DNA of 64,000 nucleotides from Streptosporangiales bacterium. Lineage in GTDB: Bacteria > Actinomycetota > Actinomycetes > Streptosporangiales > WHSR01. Under the pieces are notes generated by a model, which was not told the DNA's origin, made no database searches, and saw only the letters and a program-made list of their open reading frames with translations. Positions within the stretch are counted from its first letter, which is position 1, and each line of letters starts with the position of its first letter. This document shows, piece after piece, positions 45,908 to 55,136 of the stretch. The DNA lies in contig WHSR01000009.1 of assembly GCA_009379995.1 (NCBI GenBank), positions 997 to 64,996 of the forward strand. Direction: 5' to 3'. Position numbers and translations under genes: made by a program.

Positions 45908-46874
45908 CCACGATCGCCTGTTTGAGCCCGCTGAGCGAGGCCCTGGTCCGCCGGGTGGTGGGTACCGGCCCGACGACCGGGGACGTCACCGTGTTGCTTG
46001 CGCCGGACTCGCCGGCACCGGACGCGGTACGGGAGATCGTGGCCGGGGCGGACGTGGTGATCGGCGACTTCCGGCACCGGCACCGACTGGACCGCGACAC
46101 GTTGGCGACGATGAAACGCTGCCGGCTCATCCAGCAGCCGGCCGTCGGCTTCGACGCGATCGACCACCGGGCGGCCGCCGAGCTCGGCATCCCGGTGGCC
46201 AACGCCGCCGGGTTCAACCGGGAGGCCGTCGCCGACTGGACGGTCATGGCGATCCTCGCCGTCATCCGGCACGGGGCGCGCCGCGACCGGGACATGCGTG
46301 CCGGCCGGTGGGTCGAGCCCTACCCGGAGAGCCGCGAGCTCGGCGCGCTCACCGTGGGCATCGTCGGCGCGGGCAATATCGGCCGGTCCGTCGCCGCCCG
46401 CCTCGCCGCGTTCGGGTCGCGCCTGCTCTTCTTCGACGCCGTCGTGACCGAGCTGCCCGGAGCACAGGCGGTCTCCCTGGACGAGGTGCTGGAGGCCTCG
46501 GACGTCGTCACCGTGCACGTACCCCTCGACCACGGGACGCGCGGGCTGATCGGTACGGCGCAGCTGGCCCGGATGCGCCAGGGCACGGTGCTGGTCAACG
46601 CGAGCCGCGGACCCGTCGTCGACGAGGCCGCGCTGATCCAGGCGCTCGAGTCGGGCCACCTGGGCGGCGCCGCGCTCGACGTCTTCGAGGTCGAACCGCT
46701 CGCCGCCGACTCGCCGCTGCGCCGGATGGACAACGTCTTCCTGAGCCCACATGTCGGCGGCGGCACCAGGGAGGCCAGGGAGAAGATGTTCGAGGTGCTC
46801 GCGGACAACATCGGCCGGGTGCTGGCCGGCGAGCCGCCGATCAATGTCGTCAACGGGTGGAGGTGCAGCGATGA
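45904..46874 (+). CDS. D-isomer-specific 2-hydroxyacid dehydrogenase (C-terminus needs a frame correction at G-run 46855-46857)
   Basis: ATGA overlap with the dehydratase. ..VGIVGAGNIGRSVA..NASRGPVVDE..DVFEVEPL..SPHVGG.. As written the frame has no stop until 47817. One extra G gives ..NVVNGVEVQR* with the TGA overlapping the aldolase ATG. Confidence 0.85.
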
Positions 46875-47674
46875 CAGGAACCACGCTGCGGGAGCTGTGG
46901 GACCGCGGAGAGGACACGTTGGGTGGCTGGTGCGTCATACCCAGCGGGTTCGGCGCGGAAATGATGGGACGCTGCGGCTTCGACTGGGTGTGCGTGGACA
47001 CCCAGCACGGCCTGATCGGGTACGACCAGATGGCGGCAATGCTGCAGGCCCTGTCGGTCACCGGCACCCCCGCGCTGGTACGGGTGCCGTGGAACGGCCC
47101 CGACCACATCATGAAGGCGCTGGACGCGGGCGCCCAGGGCGTCATCGTTCCGATGGTGAACACAGCCGAGGACGCCCGTCGAGCGGTCGGCGCGGCGAAG
47201 TACCCCCCGCTGGGCACGCGCAGCTGGGGGCCGATCCGGGCGTCGCTCGACGTGCCGGGCTACAGCGCCGAACTCGCCAACGGGCGGACAGTGGTGGCCG
47301 CGATGATCGAGACGCCGGACGGCGTACGGAACCTCGACGAGATCCTGTCCGTCCCCGGCGTCGACGCCGTCTACATCGGCCCCTCCGACCTGGCCCTCGG
47401 GCACGGCATGACGCCGACGCTGAACGTCACCGAGCCGGAACACGAGCGGCTGATCAAGGCCATCCTCGACGGCTGCAAGAAGCACGGCGTGGTCGCCGGC
47501 ATCCACTGCGACCGGTACGAGACCGTACGCCGCTGGCGCGACCTCGGATTCCAGATGTTCGCGATGGCCTCGGACGCCGCGCTAATGCGGGGTGCCGCGA
47601 CGGCCGCCATCCAAGAATTCCGGCAGGGCAGGCCGCAGCGCACTGCCCCGCAGGGCGGGGGCGGTTACGCCTGA
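46871..47674 (+). CDS. HpcH/HpaI family 2-keto-3-deoxy-sugar-acid aldolase (RhmA/HpaI-like)
   Basis: MTGTTLRELWDRGEDTLGGWCVIPSGFGAEMMGRCGFDWVCVDTQHG..PMVNTAEDA..YPPLGTRS.. Confidence 0.9.
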   Translation: MTGTTLRELWDRGEDTLGGWCVIPSGFGAEMMGRCGFDWVCVDTQHGLIGYDQMAAMLQALSVTGTPALVRVPWNGPDHIMKALDAGAQGVIVPMVNTAEDARRAVGAAKYPPLGTRSWGPIRASLDVPGYSAELANGRTVVAAMIETPDGVRNLDEILSVPGVDAVYIGPSDLALGHGMTPTLNVTEPEHERLIKAILDGCKKHGVVAGIHCDRYETVRRWRDLGFQMFAMASDAALMRGAATAAIQEFRQGRPQRTAPQGGGGYA

Positions 47675-47778
47675 GCCCGGCCGACATCTTCCTCGACCCC
47701 CAGACGAGTGCTCCGCCGGGTCGGACAGTCCTTGCCCCGGCCCTCCACAGCGTTGACCACCGCGACGATGCGTCGCGG

Positions 47779-48525
47779 TCATGGCTGTTTCATGGTGTTG
47801 GCGGCGGCGTGGCGTAGCAGGTTGATCGTGGGGCGTTGGTCGTCGGCGCGGGTAGCGAGGACCCAGGGCCACAGGGGGGTGGGGTTGGTGACGGCGAGGG
47901 TGATCAGGTCGGGGGGTTGGGTGGCGGTGTGTCGGCGGGCGCAGCGTAGGACGGGTCGGCGTAGTCGGTGGCAGTGGGCGAACAGGCCGGTGCCGGTGAG
48001 GGCTCCGTTGGTGGTGGTGGTGGTGGTGACGATGTCGGCGCCGGATTGGTGGGCGAACTCGGTGGCCCAGGCGTTCCAGGAGCCCCAGGTGTGTTCGTCG
48101 CGGTCGATGAGGACCGTGAGCTCGGCGGCGGGGACCATGCCGCGGCTGGCGGCTGGGTGGCCGATCGGGGTGATCGCTGGCAGGGGTTCTGACCACAGCA
48201 GTTGCTGGGTCAGGGTGGGATGGTCGGCGAGGGAGACGGTGACGGCGGCGTCGAGGGTGCCGGCAGCGACGCGGTCTTGCTGAACGTGGCTGGGTAGCAC
48301 CCACTCGTCGATGTCCACCGCGGGTTCATCGAGATCGCGCAGTTGTGGGGGCAGCCAGCTGACGTGCCCGATTCGCAGGGCGGCGGTGTGGGTGAGCGCT
48401 GCGGGGATCGCATCGGCTTCGGCGATCACCTGCCGGGCGTGGCTGAGGAGGGTGTGTCCAGCGGGGGTGAGGATGACCTGGCGACGGTTCCGGTCGAACA
48501 GCCTCACTCCCAGGTGTTGGACGCG
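47779..48525 (-). pseudogene. LysR-family regulator lacking its N-terminal HTH (5'-truncated)
   Basis: Begins ..LGVRLFDRNRRQVILTPAGHTLL (end of the HTH domain), then the substrate-binding domain. No upstream coding continuation. Confidence 0.7.
48009..48027. repeat. Trinucleotide microsatellite (GGT)6, encoding Thr6 on the minus strand
   Basis: Read directly inside the LysR remnant. Confidence 0.85.
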
Positions 48526-48527
48526 GC

Positions 48528-48812
48528 CTTGACCCCGCGCAGGCCCACCAGCTGGGCATCCTCGACCAGGTGTTCCCGACCCGCGAGCAGTGCCATGCCG
48601 CGGTGATGGACTACTGCGCCCAGCTTGCCGCCGGCCCGGCCGAGGCGATCGGGCACGCGAAACTCGCCGCCCGTCTCGGTGCCACGGGCTCGCTGGAAGC
48701 CGGACTGGCGCTCGAACGTGAGGCCGTGGCCCGGGTATTCGCCTCCGACGACGCCGCGGAGGGGATCACGGCGTTCACCGAACACCGCGACCCCACGTTC
48801 ACCGGCCGCTAG
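48528..48812 (+). pseudogene. C-terminal fragment of an enoyl-CoA hydratase/isomerase
   Basis: ..LDPAQAHQLGILDQVFPTREQCHAAVMDYCAQLAAGPAEAIGHAKL..FASDDAAEGITAFTEHRDPTFTGR*. The N-terminal ~180 residues are missing. Confidence 0.6.
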
Positions 48813-49025
48813 CCCAAAGACGACGACCACCGTGGCGCAGGACAAACCGCCGCGGGCGGAGACTTTCACGGGCGGGCCGACGTCGACCTGGTTAGGTCTG
48901 TGTCGGCCCGGTTAAGGCTCTGTAAAGCGGTCTTGACGGGGTCGATTCGCCAGAGTACATGTGTGAATAATTTGCGGGTAACGGCGTCTCGTCCGTGAAA
49001 GAAGTCCGCCTGACAGGGGGCAGTC

Positions 49026-50813
49026 ATGCACCTCCAGCATCACCTTCGAGCCGTCGCCATGCTCGCGGCGACCGGCCTGGTTCTCGCCGCGTGCACCGGC
49101 GGTGCCTCCTCCGAGGGCGAGGCGGAGAACGCCGCCATGATCGCACTCGAGGCGGACGAGTCGCCCACCTACATCCTGCCGTCCGACCCACAGTGCACGG
49201 CGGTCAACAACCACTACCTCAGAAGGCTGCTGTGGCGGCCGCTGTACTGGTACGGCGGCGTCCCCGGCGACGAGTTCGCCCTCAACGAGCAGCTGAGCCT
49301 CGCCGAGCCGCCCGACTACAGCGACGACGGTAAGCAGGTGACCGTCACGCTCAAGGACTTCAACTGGTCCGACGGCCAGCCGGTGACCGCCCGTGACGTC
49401 GAGTTCTTCGTCAACCTGTACCAGGCCAGCAAGAAGGAGTGGGGCTGCTACTCGCCGGGCGGGCTCCCGGACAACATCGAGAAGATGACGCTGAAGGACG
49501 ACAAGACGATCGTCTTCACGCTCGACCGCGGATACTCGCCGGACTGGCTCACGGTCAACGTCCTGGCCGAGATCGTCCCGATGCCCCAGCACGCGTGGGA
49601 CAAGACGTCCGAGGACGGCGACGTCGGGGACCACGACCAGACCAAGGACGGCGGCAAGGCCGTCTTCGACTTCCTCACCGAGCAGGCCAAGTCGGTGTCC
49701 ACGTACGCCTCGAACCCGCTGTGGCAGGTCGTCAACGGGCCGTGGCGGCTCCAGGCGTGGGACCCGCGCGGCGACATCGTCTTCGAGCCGAACGAGAAGT
49801 ACTCCGGCCCGGACAAGCCGAAGCTTTCCAGGATCGTGGAGAAGCGGTTCACCACCGACGAGGCCGAGTACAACGCCCTGCTGTCGGGCGATGAGCTGAC
49901 GACGGGCTACATCCCGAGCCAGAACGCGGCGCAGGTGGAGCGGGTCACGGACCTGGGCTACCGCTCCTACCAGTCCGGCAACTTCGGGATCAGCTACATC
50001 CAGCTCAACTGGCAAAGCAACGCGGTGTCCGCGCTATTCCACCAGCACTACATCCGGCAGGCCCTGCAACACATGATCAACCAGCCGCAGTACGTCAAGG
50101 TGGCCTACAACGGGAACGCCGCCGAGGTGCACGGCCCGGTTCCGACCAAGCCGGAGAACCCGTACGTCTCGGACTACGTGAAGTCGGTGCCGTACAAGTA
50201 CGATCCGCAGGCCGCCGTCCGGCTGCTCGAGGAGAACGGCTGGACCGTCAACCCGGACGGCGCGAGCGTCTGCACGAACCCGGGCACCGGAGACGGACAG
50301 TGCGGCGAGGGCGTGGAGCGCGGCCAGGAGTTCACGTTCCGGCTCGTCTACGCGAAAGGCGTGCAGTCGGACCAGATGATGCAGGCCTTCAAATCGTCGG
50401 CGGCCCGGGCCGGCATCACCGTCCAGCTCCGCCAGGCCACCCTGGACCAGGTGTTCTCGATCACCAACATCTGCAAGAAGGGCAAGAGGCAGTGTGACTG
50501 GGACGCGGCGTACTACGGTGGCTGGACGTTCGGCCCGTACCCCACCGGGGAGAACCTCTACCTGTCCGGGGCCTCGGAGAACAACTACAGCGACCCCAAG
50601 GCCGACGAGCTCATTCTCGCCACGAAGACCGAGCCGGGTAAGCAGCACATGACCGAGTACCAGGACTACGTCGCCGAGCAGATCCCGGAGCTGTATATGC
50701 CCCGGGAGCAGGGCGGGTTGAACGTCGTCGACTCCGGCCTGAAGGGATACGAGCGGGACGAGCAGGCCCTCTTCGGCGACATCTACCCGCAGTACTGGTA
50801 CTTCTCGGAGTAG
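49026..50813 (+). CDS. ABC transporter substrate-binding lipoprotein, family 5 (peptide/nickel, DppA/OppA-like)
   Basis: Signal/lipobox ..LVLAAC-TGG. Length and sequence typical of SBP_bac_5. Confidence 0.9.
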   Translation: MHLQHHLRAVAMLAATGLVLAACTGGASSEGEAENAAMIALEADESPTYILPSDPQCTAVNNHYLRRLLWRPLYWYGGVPGDEFALNEQLSLAEPPDYSDDGKQVTVTLKDFNWSDGQPVTARDVEFFVNLYQASKKEWGCYSPGGLPDNIEKMTLKDDKTIVFTLDRGYSPDWLTVNVLAEIVPMPQHAWDKTSEDGDVGDHDQTKDGGKAVFDFLTEQAKSVSTYASNPLWQVVNGPWRLQAWDPRGDIVFEPNEKYSGPDKPKLSRIVEKRFTTDEAEYNALLSGDELTTGYIPSQNAAQVERVTDLGYRSYQSGNFGISYIQLNWQSNAVSALFHQHYIRQALQHMINQPQYVKVAYNGNAAEVHGPVPTKPENPYVSDYVKSVPYKYDPQAAVRLLEENGWTVNPDGASVCTNPGTGDGQCGEGVERGQEFTFRLVYAKGVQSDQMMQAFKSSAARAGITVQLRQATLDQVFSITNICKKGKRQCDWDAAYYGGWTFGPYPTGENLYLSGASENNYSDPKADELILATKTEPGKQHMTEYQDYVAEQIPELYMPREQGGLNVVDSGLKGYERDEQALFGDIYPQYWYFSE

Positions 50814-50823
50814 GAAGGGCTGG

Positions 50824-51777
50824 GTGACCTTCTACCTGATCCGGCGGGTCGGCCAGGCGTTCGTCGTCGTCGTGATCGTGTCGATCGTCACGTTCATCCT
50901 GAGCCGGCTGCTCCCCGGTGAGCCGGCCCGCGCGATCCTCGGCTTGCAGGCCTCACCTGTCCAGATCGAGGCGTTCCGGCAGGCGCGCGGCTACGACGAG
51001 CCGCTGATCGTCCAGTACGGCATGTACGTCGACCGGCTGCTGCACGGCGACTTCGGCTTCTCCTACAAGGAGAACGAGACGGTCGCGGCGCTCGTCGCGC
51101 AGCGGCTGCCGCCCACTGTCCTCCTGGTCGGCTTGTCAGTCGTCGTGGCGGTCATCCTCGCGGTCCCGCTGGGCATGCTGCAGGCGACGCGGCGCAACCG
51201 CCCGATCGACTACGGGCTGACCGGCGCGTCGTTCGTGTTCTACTCGATGCCGAGCTTCTGGCTGGGTCTCCTGCTCATCACGCTCTTCGCGGTCTACCTC
51301 GACGTGCTGCCCGCGGGCGCGCCCCAGGGCTCGATGTCGAGCGTCCTGGCGGAACCCGCCGGGCTCGTCCTTCCGGTGATGACCCTCGCCCTCGTGACGC
51401 TCGCCGAGTTCAGCCGGTACATGCGGTCGTCGACGCTGGACAACCTCGGGGAGGGCTATGTGAGCACGGCCCGGGCGAAGGGCGCCTCGGAGCGCCGGGT
51501 CCTCTACCACCACGTCCTTCGCAACGCGCTCGTACCCATCGTGACGCTGCTCGGGCTGCGGCTGCCCGCCATCCTCAACGGCGCACTCATCACGGAGGGT
51601 GTCTTCAACTACCCCGGGATCGGTCGGCTGTTCTGGCAGGCGACACAGTCGCAGGACTACGACGTCCTGCTGGGCGTGACGCTCATCGTGGCGGTGGGTA
51701 CCGTCGCCGGCTCGCTGATCGCCGACGTTAGCTACGCCGTCCTCGACCCCCGCGTGCGGTACGTACAGCCCCGTTAA
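50824..51777 (+). CDS. Peptide ABC transporter permease (DppB/OppB-like)
   Basis: MTFYLIRRVGQAFVVVVIVSIVTFIL.. and the ..STARAKGASERRVLYHHVLRNAL.. EAA loop. Confidence 0.9.
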   Translation: MTFYLIRRVGQAFVVVVIVSIVTFILSRLLPGEPARAILGLQASPVQIEAFRQARGYDEPLIVQYGMYVDRLLHGDFGFSYKENETVAALVAQRLPPTVLLVGLSVVVAVILAVPLGMLQATRRNRPIDYGLTGASFVFYSMPSFWLGLLLITLFAVYLDVLPAGAPQGSMSSVLAEPAGLVLPVMTLALVTLAEFSRYMRSSTLDNLGEGYVSTARAKGASERRVLYHHVLRNALVPIVTLLGLRLPAILNGALITEGVFNYPGIGRLFWQATQSQDYDVLLGVTLIVAVGTVAGSLIADVSYAVLDPRVRYVQPR

Positions 51778-51815
51778 GGACACGGTAAGGAGACGGACCC
51801 ATCGACATCGAGAAG

Positions 51816-52724
51816 GTGACCAGCGGAGTCGGCGATCCTCCCGGGGCGACGCCGGCTGGCGGCGAGGCCGCGGCCAAGGGCGGCCTGTGGCGGCTCGCCC
51901 TCGGCGTCTTCGTCCAGCACCGCGCGGCGCTCTTCGGTGTCGGCATCGTCGCCTTCATGGCGCTGTTCTCGTTCCTCGGGCCGGTCTTCTACCACACCGA
52001 CCAGGTGCACACCAACCTGTCGCGGGCCAACCTGCCGCCGAGCGCGGCCCACCCGCTCGGCACCGACGACGTCGGCTACGACATCTTGGGGCGGCTGATG
52101 CTCGGCGGCCAGACCTCACTCGAGGTCGGGTTCGCGGCGGCGCTCGTCGCGACCGGCATCGGCACCCTGTGGGGCGCGATCGCCGGGTTCACCGGGGGGT
52201 TCCTCGACGGGTTCATGATGCGCATCGTCGACGGGATCATCGCGATACCCACCCTGTTCCTGCTGCTCTACCTGTCGACCGTGTTCCAGCCGAACACGCT
52301 CCTCCTCATCCTCGTCATCGGGCTCGTCGCCTGGCTCGGACCGGCCCGCCTCGTCCGCGGCGAGGCGCTCACCCTGCGGACCCTCGAGTATGTCGACGCG
52401 GTACGCATGATGGGCGGCACCCGCCGGCGCATCGTCGGCCGGCACGTGATCCCGAACACGATCGGCACCATCATGGTCAACACCACGTTCCAGATCGCCG
52501 ACGCGATCCTGATTGTCGCCGCGCTCAGCTTCCTCGGCCTCGGCCCGCCGGCACCGGCGACGAACTGGGGCGCCATGCTGTCCAACGGGGTCAACTACAG
52601 CTACGCCGGGTACTGGTGGCTCATCTATCCGCCGGGGCTGGCCATCGTGCTCACCGTGACGGCGTTCAACTTCATCGGCGACGCCCTGCGCGACGCCTTC
52701 GAGCAACGCCTACAGCGACGCTGA
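51816..52724 (+). CDS. Peptide ABC transporter permease (DppC/OppC-like)
   Basis: ..PLGTDDVGYDILGRLMLGGQTSL.. and ..VDAVRMMGGTRRRIVGRHVIPN.. Confidence 0.9.
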   Translation: MTSGVGDPPGATPAGGEAAAKGGLWRLALGVFVQHRAALFGVGIVAFMALFSFLGPVFYHTDQVHTNLSRANLPPSAAHPLGTDDVGYDILGRLMLGGQTSLEVGFAAALVATGIGTLWGAIAGFTGGFLDGFMMRIVDGIIAIPTLFLLLYLSTVFQPNTLLLILVIGLVAWLGPARLVRGEALTLRTLEYVDAVRMMGGTRRRIVGRHVIPNTIGTIMVNTTFQIADAILIVAALSFLGLGPPAPATNWGAMLSNGVNYSYAGYWWLIYPPGLAIVLTVTAFNFIGDALRDAFEQRLQRR

Positions 52725-52738
52725 CACCCCTCTTTCTG

Positions 52739-52794
52739 GTCGTGATCTTGCAGAAATTCAAACTTGCTGGGTTGAATTTCTGCAAGATCACGAC
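52739..52794. repeat. AT-rich perfect palindromic element, copy 2 (23-bp arms, 10-nt loop)
   Basis: GTCGTGATCTTGCAGAAATTCAA-acttgctggg-TTGAATTTCTGCAAGATCACGAC between a convergent permease (+) and the D-aminoacylase (-). Confidence 0.9.
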
Positions 52795-52796
52795 TG

Positions 52797-54413
52797 TTAG
52801 TGGCGGCGGCGGCCGGGGCCGTACAGGGCGCGGCCGGCGAGGCGCCCGGTGGGTTCCCCGGCCCGCACGGCGACCTCCCCGTTCACGACGACGTCGCTGA
52901 CGCCGACCGACAGCCGGTGGGGGTCGTCGAAGGTCGCCCGGTCGGCGACCGTCTCGGGGACGAAGACGACGATGTCGGCGAAGCAGCCCTCGGCCAGCCG
53001 CCCGCGTCCTTCCAGCCCGAGCGTGGTGGCCGGCAGCCGGGTCATCCGGTCGATGGCGTCGGACAGGTCCAGCACCCGCTCCTCCCGGACGTACCGCCCG
53101 AGGACCCTGGCGAAGGTGCCGTAGGCACGCGGGTGGGTGGGGGAACGGAGGAAGACTCCCTCGGGCGCCATCGAGGAGCCGTCGGACCCGATCCCCACCC
53201 ACAGCCGCCGCAGCTGCGTACGAAGGTTGTCCTCCGACATCGAGAAGAACGCGGCACCCACCCGCGACCTGTCGTCGCGGATGAGGTCGAGCGTGGCCTC
53301 GATCGGGTCGGTGCCGCGCGCCTCGGCGATCGCGCTCAGCGTCATTCCCTGGTAACGGCGGTTCTCCTCGCGCTCCAACCGGAGGATGAGGACGTCCTCC
53401 GCGCGGTCGGTGTCACCCCACCGCCCGACCGTGAGGAGGTCCTGGCGGATCGAGCGCCGGGTCTCCGGGTCGGCGAGGCGATCGTAGAGGGCCGCAGGCC
53501 CACCTTCGTGGTAGCGCGGCGGTATCACGCTGGCCAGCCCCGTCGAGCTCGCGGTGTAGGGGTAGACGTCGGCCGTGATCGGCGCACCGCCCGCGCGTGC
53601 GCTCTCCACGCGTTCCAGCGCCTCGTCCATCAACTGCCAGTTCCGCCGGCCGGACGCCTTCAGGTGGAAGATCTCGGCCGGCAGCTTGGCCTCCCGGGAG
53701 ATGCGCAGCAGTTCGTCGAGGGCGGTCAGCAGGCCGGCACCCTCGTCGCGCATGTGGGAAATGTAGATGCCGCCGTACGACGCGGCGACCTCGCAGACCG
53801 CCACCAGCTCCTCGGTGGAGATGTAGCTCTCCGGGGGGTAGATGAGGGCGGAGGCGATACCGAGCGCCCCGTCGGCCATCTCCTCGGCGACGAGGCCGCG
53901 CATCGTGTCGATCTCCTGTTTCGTTGCCGGCCGGTCGTCGTAGCCCACGGCGTACGGGCGCAGGGTGCCGGTGCCGACGAAGGACGCGATGTTCTGCGAG
54001 CAGCCCCGCCCCTCGACGTGCGCGAGGTACTCGGACAGGCGGCTCCAGCTCACCCGCAGCGACAGGTCGGCGTGGCGGCGCTCCAACTCCTCCTTCATTG
54101 CCGGGGTGAGCGGACCCATCGTGGAGCCCTCGCCGAACACCTGCGTGGTGACGCCCTGAGTCAGCTCGCCGAGCGACCGCGGGTCGTGCAGGATCGTGAA
54201 GTACGAGTGGCTGAGGATGTTGATGAAGCCGGGAGCCACTGCCTTCCCGGCCGCGTCGATCTCCGTGATCGCCTCCGCTCCGTCGAGCCGCCCGACCGCC
54301 GCGATCCGGTCACCGACGACGGCGACGTCCGCGGGCGACGGGGCGTCGCCCGCCCCGTACACGGTCCCGCCGCGCACCACCAGGTCGAACACCCGTTGCG
54401 CCTCCCCTTTCAC
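52797..54413 (-). CDS. N-acyl-D-amino-acid deacylase (D-aminoacylase) family amidohydrolase
   Basis: From GTG 54413: VKGEAQRVFDLVVRGGTVYGAG..APGFINILSHS..GVTTQVFG..YISHMRDEG..HLKASG.. Confidence 0.85.
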   Translation of the reverse strand: MKGEAQRVFDLVVRGGTVYGAGDAPSPADVAVVGDRIAAVGRLDGAEAITEIDAAGKAVAPGFINILSHSYFTILHDPRSLGELTQGVTTQVFGEGSTMGPLTPAMKEELERRHADLSLRVSWSRLSEYLAHVEGRGCSQNIASFVGTGTLRPYAVGYDDRPATKQEIDTMRGLVAEEMADGALGIASALIYPPESYISTEELVAVCEVAASYGGIYISHMRDEGAGLLTALDELLRISREAKLPAEIFHLKASGRRNWQLMDEALERVESARAGGAPITADVYPYTASSTGLASVIPPRYHEGGPAALYDRLADPETRRSIRQDLLTVGRWGDTDRAEDVLILRLEREENRRYQGMTLSAIAEARGTDPIEATLDLIRDDRSRVGAAFFSMSEDNLRTQLRRLWVGIGSDGSSMAPEGVFLRSPTHPRAYGTFARVLGRYVREERVLDLSDAIDRMTRLPATTLGLEGRGRLAEGCFADIVVFVPETVADRATFDDPHRLSVGVSDVVVNGEVAVRAGEPTGRLAGRALYGPGRRRH

Positions 54414-54835
54414 TCGCTGAAGGGGTTTTCGATCAGGACGCCCGAGATGCGCCGCCCCTCCTGCATGTCCTCGGTAAGCAGGCGCGCCGCTCCCGAACGG
54501 ACCGCGCTGACAATAATCAAGGCATCCCAAAAGGAGAGTTGTTCGCGCTCCTCCAGCTCCGCGGCGCCCATCACGTCGTCGACGCTTGCCGAATGCACCG
54601 GCCAGGCCCGATAGGTCCACAGCACGCCACGTGCCGTGACACGATCGAGTGGCTGCGGCAGCTTGCGCGTCACGTTGACATAGAACTCCTGCAGGACCTG
54701 GGTGCTGATGGCCCCGGTACGCGATCTCCACAGCCGGGTGAGCAGCTCAGCCGCAATGTCGTGGCGGCGCCCGGCATCCGCGTCGTAGGCGTAGACGAGC
54801 ACGTTGGTGTCGACGAAGCACGTCTCAGCGCTCAT
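54410..54835 (-). CDS. vapC: PIN-domain toxin (VapC-like)
   Basis: MSAETCFVDTNVLVYAYD..QVLQEFYVNV..SFWDALIIVSA..LLTEDM.. Stop overlaps the D-aminoacylase GTG (GTGA). Confidence 0.85.
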   Translation of the reverse strand: MSAETCFVDTNVLVYAYDADAGRRHDIAAELLTRLWRSRTGAISTQVLQEFYVNVTRKLPQPLDRVTARGVLWTYRAWPVHSASVDDVMGAAELEEREQLSFWDALIIVSAVRSGAARLLTEDMQEGRRISGVLIENPFSE

Positions 54836-55061
54836 GAAGCTCCTCACGGCTGGGCAGTCGTCCGCCACCCAGGTGGAAGCCGGTCTCCAGGTGAGCGAGC
54901 GCCTCCCGCTCGGCTGCCTGGTAGCGCTCATCCTCGCCGACAAGACGCTCCAGCTCGTCGGCCACGAGACGGCTGACGGAGATGGAGCGACGCGCGGCCA
55001 GCACCTTGGCCTTGCGGATCGTCTCGGTCTCCAATTGCACGGTCAGATTCTGCTTCACCAC
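54825..55061 (-). CDS. Ribbon-helix-helix antitoxin
   Basis: (V)VKQNLTVQLETETIRKAKVLAARRSISVSRLVADELERL.. GTG 55061 or 55058 after GGGGAGGAGGG. Overlaps the PIN start by 11 nt. Confidence 0.7.
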   Translation of the reverse strand: MVKQNLTVQLETETIRKAKVLAARRSISVSRLVADELERLVGEDERYQAAEREALAHLETGFHLGGGRLPSREELHER

Positions 55062-55092
55062 ACCCTCCTCCCCGCGCCGGCCATCCACATTA

Positions 55093-55127
55093 CCACGTGT
55101 ATCACGTGGAGCACGTATGTTACGTGC
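55093..55127. promoter_or_regulatory. Two adjacent perfect palindromes CCACGTG-tat-CACGTGG and GCACGTA-tgt-TACGTGC (candidate antitoxin operators)
   Basis: Read directly. Lie 30-70 nt upstream of the antitoxin start. Confidence 0.6.
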
Positions 55128-55136
55128 CTTCGCGGA

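Noticed and set aside
48940-48975. Sigma70-type promoter (TTGACG..17 nt..TACATG) upstream of the peptide SBP gene
   Set aside because: The -10 candidate does not fit TANNNT well, and actinobacterial promoters are too degenerate to call without TSS data.
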